Source: a virus | Length of the DNA: 42,830 bases | IMG/VR virus record: IMGVR_UViG_3300045988_095743 | Location: 1 to 42,830 of that record | Reading direction: 5' to 3' (one strand) | Made by a program: the position numbers and the translations under genes | Shown: positions 1 through 7,812 of the stretch, piece after piece | Numbering within the stretch: the stretch's first letter is position 1 | Layout: the number at the start of each line of letters is the position of its first letter | Notes under the pieces: model-generated | Seen by the model: only the letters and a program-made list of their open reading frames with translations | What the model was told of the DNA's origin: nothing | Databases searched by the model: none

Positions 1-99
1 AGTAGGCGTATATGAGGATGCTGGTATTTCCGCAAGAAAGCCATATAAAAAACGCCCCGCTCTTTTGCGGTTACTGGATGATGTGGAAGCAAAAAAAAT
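1..99. repeat. Terminal direct repeat, copy 1 (circular-closure overlap)
   Basis: Bases 1-99 are letter-for-letter identical to 42732-42830. Confidence 0.95.
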
Positions 100-1222
100 C
101 GATATTATCCTTTTTATCAAGCTGGACCGGTGGTTCCGCAATGTGGGAAATTACTACGCCGTCCAGGAGATTTTAGAGCGAAACAAAGTTGTATGGCAAG
201 CCACAAATGAAGATTATGAAACTCAGACGGCTGCTGGGCGGTTGAAAGTAAACATCATGCTTTCCGTCGCACAGGATGAAGCCGATAGAACAAGCGAACG
301 TATTAAGTTTGTTTTTGACGGAAAACGGGCACGTGGCGAAGCGCTGACCGGAGATAAGCCATTTGGGTACATCATCGAGGGGAAAAAATATATTAAGGAC
401 CCCCAAACGGAAACGGCGGTAAATGAGCTATTTGCAAAGTACGCCGCTTGCGGCTCTATTAGCCAAACGCAGGATTTAATTGCGGAAAAGTACGGGATAT
501 TTTTATCATATCAGGCTATCAGCAAAATAATTCGAAGCACGGCATATTACGGGAAATATTTTAGGGCCGACGGGATGTGCCCGCCTTATATTACCAAAGA
601 GCGGTATGATAAAAATCAAACCTTGCGAAAAACGATTGTCCGAAAATGCCAGCAAAATCGGATATATTTGTTTACCGGCCTTATGATTTGCGGGGATTGC
701 GGTGGGCATATTAGCGGGAGAATCAATCAGGATCAAAAAAACGTATCGTACAATTGCCAAAACCATTATTGCCGACGCCGCCCATGCGGCAACGCAAAAT
801 CCATCAGCGAGAAAAAAATAGAAGCGTTTTTGATGAACTCCGTTGAAAACAAATTGAAAAGCTATAAATCCAATTTAATGGGAATGGAGGAATCTGAGGA
901 AAAAGAAAATTACCAAGCGCTTATCGCATCAAAAAAAGCCCGGTTATCCAGGCTGAAGGATTTGTATTTAAACGAGTTAATCTCCTTGGAGGAATTCAAA
1001 AAAGATCATGCGGAAATCTGCGCCGCAATTGCAGCAATGGAAGAAAAACAGAACGCCAAAAAAACCCCAAAATTGGATAAGGTGGAAAAAATATTATCCG
1101 GCGACTGGCGCAACATTTACGCCGAACTATCCCGGGAAGAAAAACGGGAATTTTGGCGGGTGATTGTAAAAGAAATTCGGTGGTTTCCAGATCGGCACTT
1201 AGAATTTGATATCAACACATAA
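1..1222 (+). CDS. int: Large serine recombinase (integrase), C-terminal 407 codons; the N-terminus is at 42595..42830 across the junction
   Basis: The frame is open at base 2 and in phase with the ORF at 42595. It has a recombinase-domain region, a Cys cluster CGDCGGH...C.NHYC.RRPC (zinc ribbon) and a Lys/Glu-rich coiled coil. The joined product is 452 aa. Confidence 0.9.
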   Translation, partial: VGVYEDAGISARKPYKKRPALLRLLDDVEAKKIDIILFIKLDRWFRNVGNYYAVQEILERNKVVWQATNEDYETQTAAGRLKVNIMLSVAQDEADRTSERIKFVFDGKRARGEALTGDKPFGYIIEGKKYIKDPQTETAVNELFAKYAACGSISQTQDLIAEKYGIFLSYQAISKIIRSTAYYGKYFRADGMCPPYITKERYDKNQTLRKTIVRKCQQNRIYLFTGLMICGDCGGHISGRINQDQKNVSYNCQNHYCRRRPCGNAKSISEKKIEAFLMNSVENKLKSYKSNLMGMEESEEKENYQALIASKKARLSRLKDLYLNELISLEEFKKDHAEICAAIAAMEEKQNAKKTPKLDKVEKILSGDWRNIYAELSREEKREFWRVIVKEIRWFPDRHLEFDINT

Positions 1223-1240
1223 CGTTATTTTTTGAGAAAA

Positions 1241-1292
1241 AGTATTATACAATTAATTCCCCTCAGTGGATGGGTATTGATTGTATAATACT
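1241..1292. promoter_or_regulatory. Candidate attP: 52-bp imperfect palindrome
   Basis: AGTATTATACAATTAAT (1241-1257) against ATTGATTGTATAATACT (1276-1292) gives 16 of 17 complementary positions around an 18-bp core. It lies 19 bp after the integrase stop. Confidence 0.5.
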
Positions 1293-1320
1293 ATTGCCCC
1301 GCCTTAAAGCGAGGCAATAG
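1291..1320. terminator. GC hairpin between convergent gene ends (int and the 113-aa gene)
   Basis: CTATTGCC..CGC-loop-GCG..GGCAATAG. There is no clear U-run on either strand. Confidence 0.4.
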
Positions 1321-1321
1321 C

Positions 1322-1663
1322 TTATAATGCCTGAATCTTTCGCATTACGCTGTTGTAAACCCGCTCGTTTACAATGCGCAGCGTATCCATCAGCTCATCC
1401 ACAACCGCCCACGCCTTTGCCGGGTCCTTTCCGGCGACAGCCCGGAGAAAATCGGTATCGCCGTACTCCTCCACGTCAGCGCTCGCTATGACGGCAGGAG
1501 CTGCCGCAGCGGAGTACATAATCGGCGGCGCCGTACCCTCAGGCGTTTTCTTGTGCTGGTTCTGGATGATGTAGAGAGCCGCCAGTTTCTCGTAGTTGTT
1601 CCAGCTAGATTCTTCCGTTTCTAGGCGGCTGATCCATAGCCGGAGCTCGTTCTCGTCGATCAT
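1322..1663 (-). CDS. Hypothetical protein (113 aa), last gene of the post-lysis accessory block
   Basis: ATG start preceded by AAGGGGG. Protein-like composition, no recognisable motif. Confidence 0.65.
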   Translation of the reverse strand: MIDENELRLWISRLETEESSWNNYEKLAALYIIQNQHKKTPEGTAPPIMYSAAAAPAVIASADVEEYGDTDFLRAVAGKDPAKAWAVVDELMDTLRIVNERVYNSVMRKIQAL

Positions 1664-1677
1664 GGGGTTACACCCCC

Positions 1678-2052
1678 TTAGCCCTCCATCAGGGACATTG
1701 CCCGCCGAAGGGCCTCCTTTACCCGTTCGTCGTCGGTTTCCCGCATCATATCATTGAGCTGCTCCCGCAGGTGCTCTGCCCCGCCAGTGCGGCTATACCT
1801 ACCGCGGGAATCCCGATGGCGGCCCCGCCAGGAATCGCCGTGGCCGTAGGTGCCCCGGATATCGGCTTCCCAGTCGCCGGTGCCGGAATAGCCCTCGCTT
1901 TCCATCATCTCAATTTTATCGATATTTTTGATGGTGGCCGTCAGCTTGTGGGCAATCTCCAGGTCCCCGGCGCCCAGCTCACCCTTACGGGCCAGCTCGT
2001 TCAGCTCGTCGCACAGCATATTGCGAAGATCATACATTGCTTTCTTACTCAT
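1678..2052 (-). CDS. Hypothetical charged protein (124 aa)
   Basis: The start was moved to ATG 2052, behind AAAGGAG. The ORF-track form from 2082 lacks an RBS. Helical ends flank an Arg/Gly/His-rich centre. Confidence 0.65.
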   Translation of the reverse strand: MSKKAMYDLRNMLCDELNELARKGELGAGDLEIAHKLTATIKNIDKIEMMESEGYSGTGDWEADIRGTYGHGDSWRGRHRDSRGRYSRTGGAEHLREQLNDMMRETDDERVKEALRRAMSLMEG

Positions 2053-2065
2053 GTCCATTCTCCTT

Positions 2066-2488
2066 TCATGCGATTCTCTCAACCGTCAGATTCGAGTTGG
2101 CGAAGTTGACGGCCTGAGTGCTGGTGTTTTCCATTGCGACCGTCAGGCAGCAGCCTTTCGGGACGCAAACCTGTGCGGAAACATAAATGTTAAAGTAGTT
2201 CTCTACCGCCGCAGGCGTGACAGTTGCCGTTGCACTGGTCAGCGGCTCTCCGTTGATGGCAAGCGCCGCCGTGATGGCCTCAACCGTGCCTCCGGTTGGA
2301 ATCGCGATGTTGCCGCCAAAGGAGATCCTAAACAGGGCGCGATTTTGATTAGTGAGGCCGCGCAGCGTGACAATGCCTGCGCCCTGGCGATGCACGATAC
2401 ACGGCTTGCTATTGACCGCCGTTTCGGTCAAGGGGACGTTCTGCCCTGCGGCTACGCTTACAATATTCGCGTTTGTGTACTCTGCCAA
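2066..2488 (-). CDS. Hypothetical beta-rich protein (140 aa), possibly a C1q/TNF-like jelly roll (BclA C-terminal-like)
   Basis: TTG start 9 nt after AAAGGA. An alternating beta-strand pattern ends in ...NLTVERIA. The family call is pattern recollection only. Confidence 0.5.
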   Translation of the reverse strand: MAEYTNANIVSVAAGQNVPLTETAVNSKPCIVHRQGAGIVTLRGLTNQNRALFRISFGGNIAIPTGGTVEAITAALAINGEPLTSATATVTPAAVENYFNIYVSAQVCVPKGCCLTVAMENTSTQAVNFANSNLTVERIA

Positions 2489-2628
2489 AATAATCAGTCC
2501 TTTCTAAAGGGGTCGATTTCGACCAGGTTAAAATACAGCGGCGGAGCGATTGCCCCGCCGCGTTGGTATCAGTATCAGCACGGGGCTGAACAGTTCGGAA
2601 ATTCCGAACAGCTGATGCTATGCAGTTG

Positions 2629-3345
2629 TCAGCAGCCGCAACCGGCAAACTGGTTGCAGCAATAGGGGTTCTGCACCGTGTAGGCCGGAATGGGAGAAGG
2701 CCGCAGCTGGGACACCAGATAGCTGTTCTGCGCCGCCTGAGATGCGGCCAGCTTCAAGCCCTGGTTCTCGCTCTGGAGATCCTGAAGCTTGCTCTGGGTC
2801 AAGAAATCGAGGATCGCGCGGCTGTTGCTGTTGGCATTGTCGATGATATCCCGGGTAGCGTTCTGCACCGTGTTCCGGGTATCGCACGCCTGCGCGGCCA
2901 TGTCATATCGCACGCCCTCAATGCTACGCTGGGTGTTGCAGCAGCACTCAGCGGCCTGCATCTGCATGGCAGTCAACTGCTGCATGAGAGCCGCCTGCTG
3001 GTTACTGCGGGAAAGTTCAGCCTGTGCAAAGCCGTTGGCCATTGCCATGTTGGTGCCGTTGACAAGCTGCGCCTGCTGGTAAAATCCGTCACAAAGGCCC
3101 TGATTTACACTGTCGATCTTGCGCTCGACATTAGCAAAATCAGAGGTCAGCACATAGCCATCGACCACGCCGCCGGAATTGCCAGCGTTGTTGCCCCAGC
3201 TGTTGCCGCCCCAGCCAAAGACGGCAAAAATGAGGAAGAGAATAATGAGCCATGCGCCGTCACCGCCCCAGCCGAAACCGCCGCCGTTGTTGGTAGGCGA
3301 GACCGGCATGGTCAGCATGGGAGCGCCGCCATCGGAAAGAGACAT
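2629..3345 (-). CDS. Membrane protein with a Gly/Trp-rich N-terminus, one TM helix, a Gln-rich coiled region and Cys clusters (238 aa)
   Basis: Strong RBS AAAGGAG 7 nt before the ATG. Motifs GGGFGWGGDGAWLIILFLIFAVFGWGG, ECCCN and a C-terminal YCCNQFAGCGC. Confidence 0.7.
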   Translation of the reverse strand: MSLSDGGAPMLTMPVSPTNNGGGFGWGGDGAWLIILFLIFAVFGWGGNSWGNNAGNSGGVVDGYVLTSDFANVERKIDSVNQGLCDGFYQQAQLVNGTNMAMANGFAQAELSRSNQQAALMQQLTAMQMQAAECCCNTQRSIEGVRYDMAAQACDTRNTVQNATRDIIDNANSNSRAILDFLTQSKLQDLQSENQGLKLAASQAAQNSYLVSQLRPSPIPAYTVQNPYCCNQFAGCGC

Positions 3346-3405
3346 AAAATCACTCCTTTTAATTATTTATCAAATCGTGGCCACGATGTTGATTTATGTT
3401 GATGA

Positions 3406-3624
3406 TTACTGCACCAGGTTTTGAAACTGCTTTGCCATCTGCTGAAGCTGGTTGAGCTGATCCTGCGAAATCGCTCCGCTCTGCAACAGCTTTTCAACTT
3501 CCGCTTTGGGGTCTCCCTTGAAATTCGCCTTGAACTGGTTGAACTGCTGCACCATCTTGGCAAAGCCGCCAATCGGCCCGGCCATCTGTCCGCCGCCAAG
3601 CGCAGCCATAAACGGATTACTCAT
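3406..3624 (-). CDS. Hypothetical small helical protein (72 aa)
   Basis: The second ATG (3624) sits 9 nt after GAGGAGG and overlaps the upstream stop (ATGAGTAA). Confidence 0.6.
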   Translation of the reverse strand: MSNPFMAALGGGQMAGPIGGFAKMVQQFNQFKANFKGDPKAEVEKLLQSGAISQDQLNQLQQMAKQFQNLVQ

Positions 3625-4054
3625 CGTCATCGTCCTCCTCTTCCATTCTGCGCTTCTTTTTGCCCTTCATTTCGCCCACAAGAGCCGCCAGTTTCTCAAA
3701 TTCTTCTCGGGTAACAAACTCCACAGCTTTGCCTTGTGGCGCCGGAATGGCCGTTTCTGTGCGCTCTACGAGGTCGTAGATTTTAAGCGTCGGCTTTCCG
3801 CTTGCGTCCGCCTGTTTGAGGTACACCGTCGGCGCTGTGCTATCCCACAGAGCAACGGCAGAGTTGGGGGCGATCAGGTATCCTCGGGCCTCCTGTTCCC
3901 CGCTGACCCACTGCACGCCGCCCTGCGCCACCGGATTCTGCGGTACGGGCTGCGGCATCTGCGGCTGCATCATCTGTTGCTGCCGCATCTGCATGAGATT
4001 ATCGGGCATCGGCTGCGGATAATACGGGTTCTGGTAGTAAGGATTAAACGCCAT
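3617..4054 (-). CDS. Hypothetical protein with a Gln/Pro/Tyr-rich low-complexity N-terminus and an acidic tail (145 aa)
   Basis: GGAGG lies 7 nt before the ATG. The sequence runs NPYYQNPYYPQPMP...QQQMMQPQMPQP, then a globular part, then EEEDDDDE. Confidence 0.65.
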   Translation of the reverse strand: MAFNPYYQNPYYPQPMPDNLMQMRQQQMMQPQMPQPVPQNPVAQGGVQWVSGEQEARGYLIAPNSAVALWDSTAPTVYLKQADASGKPTLKIYDLVERTETAIPAPQGKAVEFVTREEFEKLAALVGEMKGKKKRRMEEEDDDDE

Positions 4055-4056
4055 GT

Positions 4057-4440
4057 TTATGCCTCCGTTTCTTTTTCCCAGTAGTACAGCGGCACTTCGC
4101 CGCTAGAATCCCACGAATCCCAAATCACACCATCCTGCACGCATACCACATGCCCGGATAGCGCCAAAATGTATGTGCCTACCGGCCTTTCCGCCGCAAA
4201 ATCCGCCACCGTGAAGCAATCCGGGCAAGTATCTGGGACGATATGCCTCCGATACCCCAGCTTGCGAAGGTAAGCGCCCCAGCAGGCGTTGGCGTTGGGC
4301 AGATCACCGTCCAAGTACCCCTGGATGCAAAGCGCTAAATACACCTCGCCCCAGTCCTTTCTGGTTGCTTTGCAGATCGCCCGCACTGTGCAATCGGAAA
4401 CGTTACGCCCGTTGGGGTTTGGGTTAAAGTAGCTATACAT
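4057..4440 (-). CDS. Hypothetical Cys/His protein (127 aa), possible papain-fold thiol enzyme
   Basis: The ATG overlaps the stop of the 47-aa ORF. Candidate nucleophile DCTVRAI and GHVVCV His, about 90 residues apart. Pattern only. Confidence 0.55.
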   Translation of the reverse strand: MYSYFNPNPNGRNVSDCTVRAICKATRKDWGEVYLALCIQGYLDGDLPNANACWGAYLRKLGYRRHIVPDTCPDCFTVADFAAERPVGTYILALSGHVVCVQDGVIWDSWDSSGEVPLYYWEKETEA

Positions 4441-4576
4441 GATCCGACCTGGCGCTATGCATCAGCTCAATGGTTTTTACGTACTGCGCCAGCCCGTCCA
4501 GATCGTTGGCGTAAGCAATAATGATGTCCCAGGCCATGCGATCCGTAAAGCCGCAGGCGATAAGGCGATCAAACAT
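4433..4576 (-). CDS. Small hypothetical protein (47 aa)
   Basis: The ATG at 4576 follows GGAAGGTGG. The stop overlaps the next start. Below the ORF-track size cutoff. Confidence 0.45.
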   Translation of the reverse strand: MFDRLIACGFTDRMAWDIIIAYANDLDGLAQYVKTIELMHSARSDHV

Positions 4577-4604
4577 TTAACCACCTTCCTTCTTCCCTTA
4601 TGGT

Positions 4605-4636
4605 ACAAAAAATCCGGGCAGTCAAACTGCCCGGAT
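4605..4636 (-). terminator. Rho-independent terminator (minus strand)
   Basis: ATCCGGGCAG-5 nt-CTGCCCGGAT (4612-4636) followed on the minus strand by TTTTTTG. Confidence 0.7.
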
Positions 4637-4663
4637 TCTGCCTGCATTCTGCGGGGGGTACCC

Positions 4664-4692
4664 TTGACAACAGCGGCGGTATGCGCTATAGT
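4664..4692 (+). promoter_or_regulatory. Sigma-70-type promoter (plus strand)
   Basis: TTGACA (4664-4669), a 17-nt spacer, then TATAGT (4687-4692). Confidence 0.65.
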
Positions 4693-4786
4693 AATCTCGT
4701 CAGGTACGGAGGGCGTCCGCACCTGGTGGGCCTCGATCCTGGCCCCGTGGGTTGAAACATAATCTTGTGCAGTTAAGCATCGGGAA

Positions 4787-4817
4787 AACCGTGCCCTATC
4801 AAGGGCACGGTTTTTTC
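4787..4817 (+). terminator. Rho-independent terminator or attenuator at the end of a roughly 115-nt leader
   Basis: AACCGTGCCCT-atca-AGGGCACGGTT followed by TTTTTT. It lies 33 nt upstream of the 4850 ATG. Confidence 0.7.
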
Positions 4818-4849
4818 TGCTGAGGGCAAGAGCCCAGGAGGAAATAAAC

Positions 4850-5146
4850 ATGGAAAACATCATCAACCTGCCCAAGATGACTGACAGCATGCCACTGTAT
4901 TTCTGGATCGCAGAGGCCAACGGAGAGCGCCGCTACGGCGGCTCCTCCCCGGACTTTCCCCTCGCCCACAGCTGGGCGGAGAAAGCGGCGAAGCGCGGGG
5001 CCGTCGTGGAGCTCCGCTCCCTGGAGGAGGATGTGTGCTCCGACGGGGCAGAGCTTGCCCGGATGTTTATCCGCGGCGAAGACGATGTGCTCTCCTCCTC
5101 CGATCTCTGCGCCCGCTGGCAAAATGGCGTCGAAATCCAAAAATAA
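4850..5146 (+). CDS. Hypothetical protein (98 aa), plus-strand moron
   Basis: AGGAGG lies 8 nt before the ATG. Opposite orientation to its neighbours and bracketed by hairpin terminators. Confidence 0.7.
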   Translation: MENIINLPKMTDSMPLYFWIAEANGERRYGGSSPDFPLAHSWAEKAAKRGAVVELRSLEEDVCSDGAELARMFIRGEDDVLSSSDLCARWQNGVEIQK

Positions 5147-5151
5147 GCAAA

Positions 5152-5178
5152 AGGCCGTGCCCAAATTGGGCACGGCCT
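5152..5178. terminator. Bidirectional hairpin terminator
   Basis: An 11-bp stem, GGCCGTGCCCA/TGGGCACGGCC. The T-rich run is on the minus-strand side (TTTTGCTTATTTTT). Confidence 0.65.
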
Positions 5179-5182
5179 CTTG

Positions 5183-5443
5183 CTATCCCCTGATGTCATC
5201 CGCCAGGTGGGCATAGGCCCTCCGGCGGAGCTTATAGAGCCCGTCTATGCTGAGGCTGAGCCGGGCGGCAGTCTGCAGGCAGCTGCGGCCCAGGACGTCC
5301 ACCTCAACGATGCAGGTCTCCTCGTCCGGCGGCAAGCCCGCCGCACGGACCGCCTCCGTGGCCCGGCGTGGGGCCATGCCGGAGAGCAGCGCTCTGATCT
5401 CCCGGTGCTGTGCGTCCATCTTGTCGCCGGACTTGCAGGACAC
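5183..5443 (-). CDS. Small HTH protein, sigma-70 region-4-like (78-86 aa)
   Basis: ...SCLQTAARLSLSIDGLYKLRRRAYAHL has an HTH pattern. The start is uncertain (GTG 5443 or ATG 5419) and neither has an RBS. Confidence 0.55.
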   Translation of the reverse strand: MSCKSGDKMDAQHREIRALLSGMAPRRATEAVRAAGLPPDEETCIVEVDVLGRSCLQTAARLSLSIDGLYKLRRRAYAHLADDIRG

Positions 5444-5494
5444 GGCGGGGCCGTGCGGATGTTGCCATCATCTGGCTTGCCTCCTCTCAAATTG

Positions 5495-6508
5495 TTAGCC
5501 CGTCCAGTCGGCGCGGGCCTCGCGAATGTCGATGTGGGTAAAGCCCTGCTTGGCATAGATGCCAACGCCGCCCCAGTCGGGCATGATCTCCCGGGCGTAA
5601 GCGGCAACCTGGGCGGGCGTCTTGCCCTTGACGCTGATGTCCGCCGCCGTGCCGTAGCAGTGCTGGGAATGGGCTACGCCGCCGACCTTGGTGTTGTACT
5701 GCGGCGTCCGGTAGGCGCTGTGGATAGTCACCGGTGCCGCGAAGTGGCTCCGGATGCTCTGCAGCACCATCACCAGCCGGGGTGCCACCAGGACGGCGTC
5801 GCTGCCGTCGCTGCACGCGAACTCGCTCACCTTGAAGTTGGTGGACAGCTTTTTGGAGCCGTCCTGGGCCTTGCTGTACGCGTTGATCTCTACCATAGGC
5901 TTGCCTCCCTCCGGCTCATTGTCGTTGAGATATACCAGGATGTAGTGCTGCACCCTCCGGGAGCTGGTGATCCGCTGGCCCTGGAAGTCGCACTGGCTGC
6001 TGCCGCCGCTGTCCAGCATCACGGCGCTGGTCCAGCCCGCCCGGGTCAGGTCGTCCCGCAGGGCCTCCGGCGTCCGGGCGGAAGCGGAGCCGTCCCGGGA
6101 GCAGTAGAGGGCCAGCCGGTCGCCCTTGATGCCGATGGCGCTCCTGCCCCGCTTGCCGCCCTGTCCGGGATCGTAGGTAAGCTTGCTCAGGGCCTTGCCG
6201 CTGACGATCAGGGGCGTGCAGGCGATGTAGCTGCGGGCGCTGTCCGGCAGCGCGTCCATGCGGATGTCCGGCCCCTGGTCCCAGGCGTAGCCTGCCACGG
6301 TGTAGGCGGGCGTCGCCAGGACCTTGCCGTCCGCCTTGAGGTGGCAGTTGACGGCCAGGGTGCGCATGTTGTAGAGGGTCCCGTTGATCCCGTAATCCGC
6401 CCCCGTCTCCCGCATGATCTGGGTCAGCGTCTTCCGTCGGGTGTTGACGTAGATCTGGATGCGCCCGATCCGGGAGAGCGGCACGGTCACCGCGCAGGGG
6501 TTACTCAT
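5495..6508 (-). CDS. Endolysin (337 aa): N-terminal phosphodiester-glycosidase-like (DUF2233/NAGPA-like) region plus a C-terminal peptidase M15-type domain
   Basis: ATG 6508 overlaps the holin stop. The C-terminus carries SEFACSDGS...HSAYRTPQYN...SQHCYGTAADI, which are zinc D-Ala-D-Ala-carboxypeptidase-family motifs. Confidence 0.75.
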   Translation of the reverse strand: MSNPCAVTVPLSRIGRIQIYVNTRRKTLTQIMRETGADYGINGTLYNMRTLAVNCHLKADGKVLATPAYTVAGYAWDQGPDIRMDALPDSARSYIACTPLIVSGKALSKLTYDPGQGGKRGRSAIGIKGDRLALYCSRDGSASARTPEALRDDLTRAGWTSAVMLDSGGSSQCDFQGQRITSSRRVQHYILVYLNDNEPEGGKPMVEINAYSKAQDGSKKLSTNFKVSEFACSDGSDAVLVAPRLVMVLQSIRSHFAAPVTIHSAYRTPQYNTKVGGVAHSQHCYGTAADISVKGKTPAQVAAYAREIMPDWGGVGIYAKQGFTHIDIREARADWTG

Positions 6509-6767
6509 TGAGCTGCCGCATGGCCTGGTTGGCGCCGGTGGCAGCGAGGCCGGAGACGATGCCGATGGCCGCCGCCGTGATGTAGTCGGTGGCCGGGAAG
6601 TCCGGCATGAGGTACATGGCGGCGATGCCAAGGATCAGGCCGCAGACGCCGCAGATGATGGGGATCCACTTGCTGTCCACGGCGCTGGCCTTGACGGCCT
6701 GCCCGATCAGCAGGCAGATGACGGTGATGGCCGCCACCCCCGTAATGCCCAGGGTGTTGATATCCAT
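6501..6767 (-). CDS. Holin (88 aa, three hydrophobic helices)
   Basis: AAAGGAG lies 6 nt before ATG 6767. Position immediately upstream of the endolysin. Confidence 0.75.
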   Translation of the reverse strand: MDINTLGITGVAAITVICLLIGQAVKASAVDSKWIPIICGVCGLILGIAAMYLMPDFPATDYITAAAIGIVSGLAATGANQAMRQLNE

Positions 6768-6809
6768 ACTGTTCTCCTTTCCGCGGGGGTCTCCCCCGCT
6801 CACGATTAC

Positions 6810-7799
6810 TTAGTGCAGCTCAACAGACGAGACAACGCCGTTGGCGCCTAGCCAAAGGCCGCATTCGTCCCCCAAGGAATTGCGCAGCTTAATAATTTGG
6901 TGCTCGGCGGACAAATGCAGCGACTTTGTCCACACTACTCCGTGGAGGCGCAAGTACACGCCTATGCCAGGAGAGTTAAAGCCCATTGTAGTGCTTGTTC
7001 CTGCGACCTGAAGTGCACAATCGCCAGCACGTGTAGCAACGATCCACCCAGCACCAGCAGCGTAGCAACCGTCTCCAGAATGCAGTTCGCCATAATCCTG
7101 CGAGTTGTTTTGATCGATTGCGTATGCAGATTTCACCACATCGAAGGCGACAGCATCATCAGATACTTTGTAGTATTCAAACCCGTTGTGGATGAAATGA
7201 TCTCGCCCGTCGGTATCTCCGGTCCAGGAATACTCGTGCTCCACGGTCACGATATCATATACGTTGGATAAATCAACGTACTTTGCCGGGATCTGTACCG
7301 CCTCAACGATATCCGAATGTGTCAGCGAGCGGCAATACGTCTCACTGTCTACATATATCATGTAGACGCCAGGATGCTCCCAATATGCGCCAAGCGCAGT
7401 AACTGGGCGGTATACGACTAAGGCGAATTCGCCAATGATTGTAAAACCATCGTCTTGGCCAAGGTCTGCAGCCTCAAAAGGACCGTACTCCTTCTCAGCA
7501 CCAGAAAGTACGACTGAAACAGTGCTATTGCAAAGTTCGAACAAAGTGGGCGTCAAATCGGATACTCGGACAAAGGATTCATCGCCCAGATTGACGGTCT
7601 CCCGATCCCCGATTGTCCCATCCCATGAAATGCTTACAGCTGGATACTTCACATCATATCCATAGCTCTGCCCTTTCGTCCACAGCCTCCCGTCCGCATC
7701 TACGCCAACAGGCTCCGTCATCTCTTTTGTTTTCGGGCCCGGTCTCGCCAACTTGAAAGAAATTGCTTGGCACATCAGCCGCAAATTCTGCTTATTCAT
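6810..7799 (-). CDS. Hypothetical late protein (329 aa)
   Basis: ATG behind GAGGGG. Located between the fibre genes and the lysis cassette. No motif recognised. Confidence 0.65.
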   Translation of the reverse strand: MNKQNLRLMCQAISFKLARPGPKTKEMTEPVGVDADGRLWTKGQSYGYDVKYPAVSISWDGTIGDRETVNLGDESFVRVSDLTPTLFELCNSTVSVVLSGAEKEYGPFEAADLGQDDGFTIIGEFALVVYRPVTALGAYWEHPGVYMIYVDSETYCRSLTHSDIVEAVQIPAKYVDLSNVYDIVTVEHEYSWTGDTDGRDHFIHNGFEYYKVSDDAVAFDVVKSAYAIDQNNSQDYGELHSGDGCYAAGAGWIVATRAGDCALQVAGTSTTMGFNSPGIGVYLRLHGVVWTKSLHLSAEHQIIKLRNSLGDECGLWLGANGVVSSVELH

Positions 7800-7812
7800 A
7801 CTAGCCCCTCAC

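Noticed and set aside
5180-6511. 443-aa plus-strand ORF
   Set aside because: It is the antisense shadow of the endolysin and holin genes in GC-rich DNA. Its composition is Arg/Gly/Ala/Pro-rich, it has no RBS, and the opposite strand carries clear enzyme motifs.
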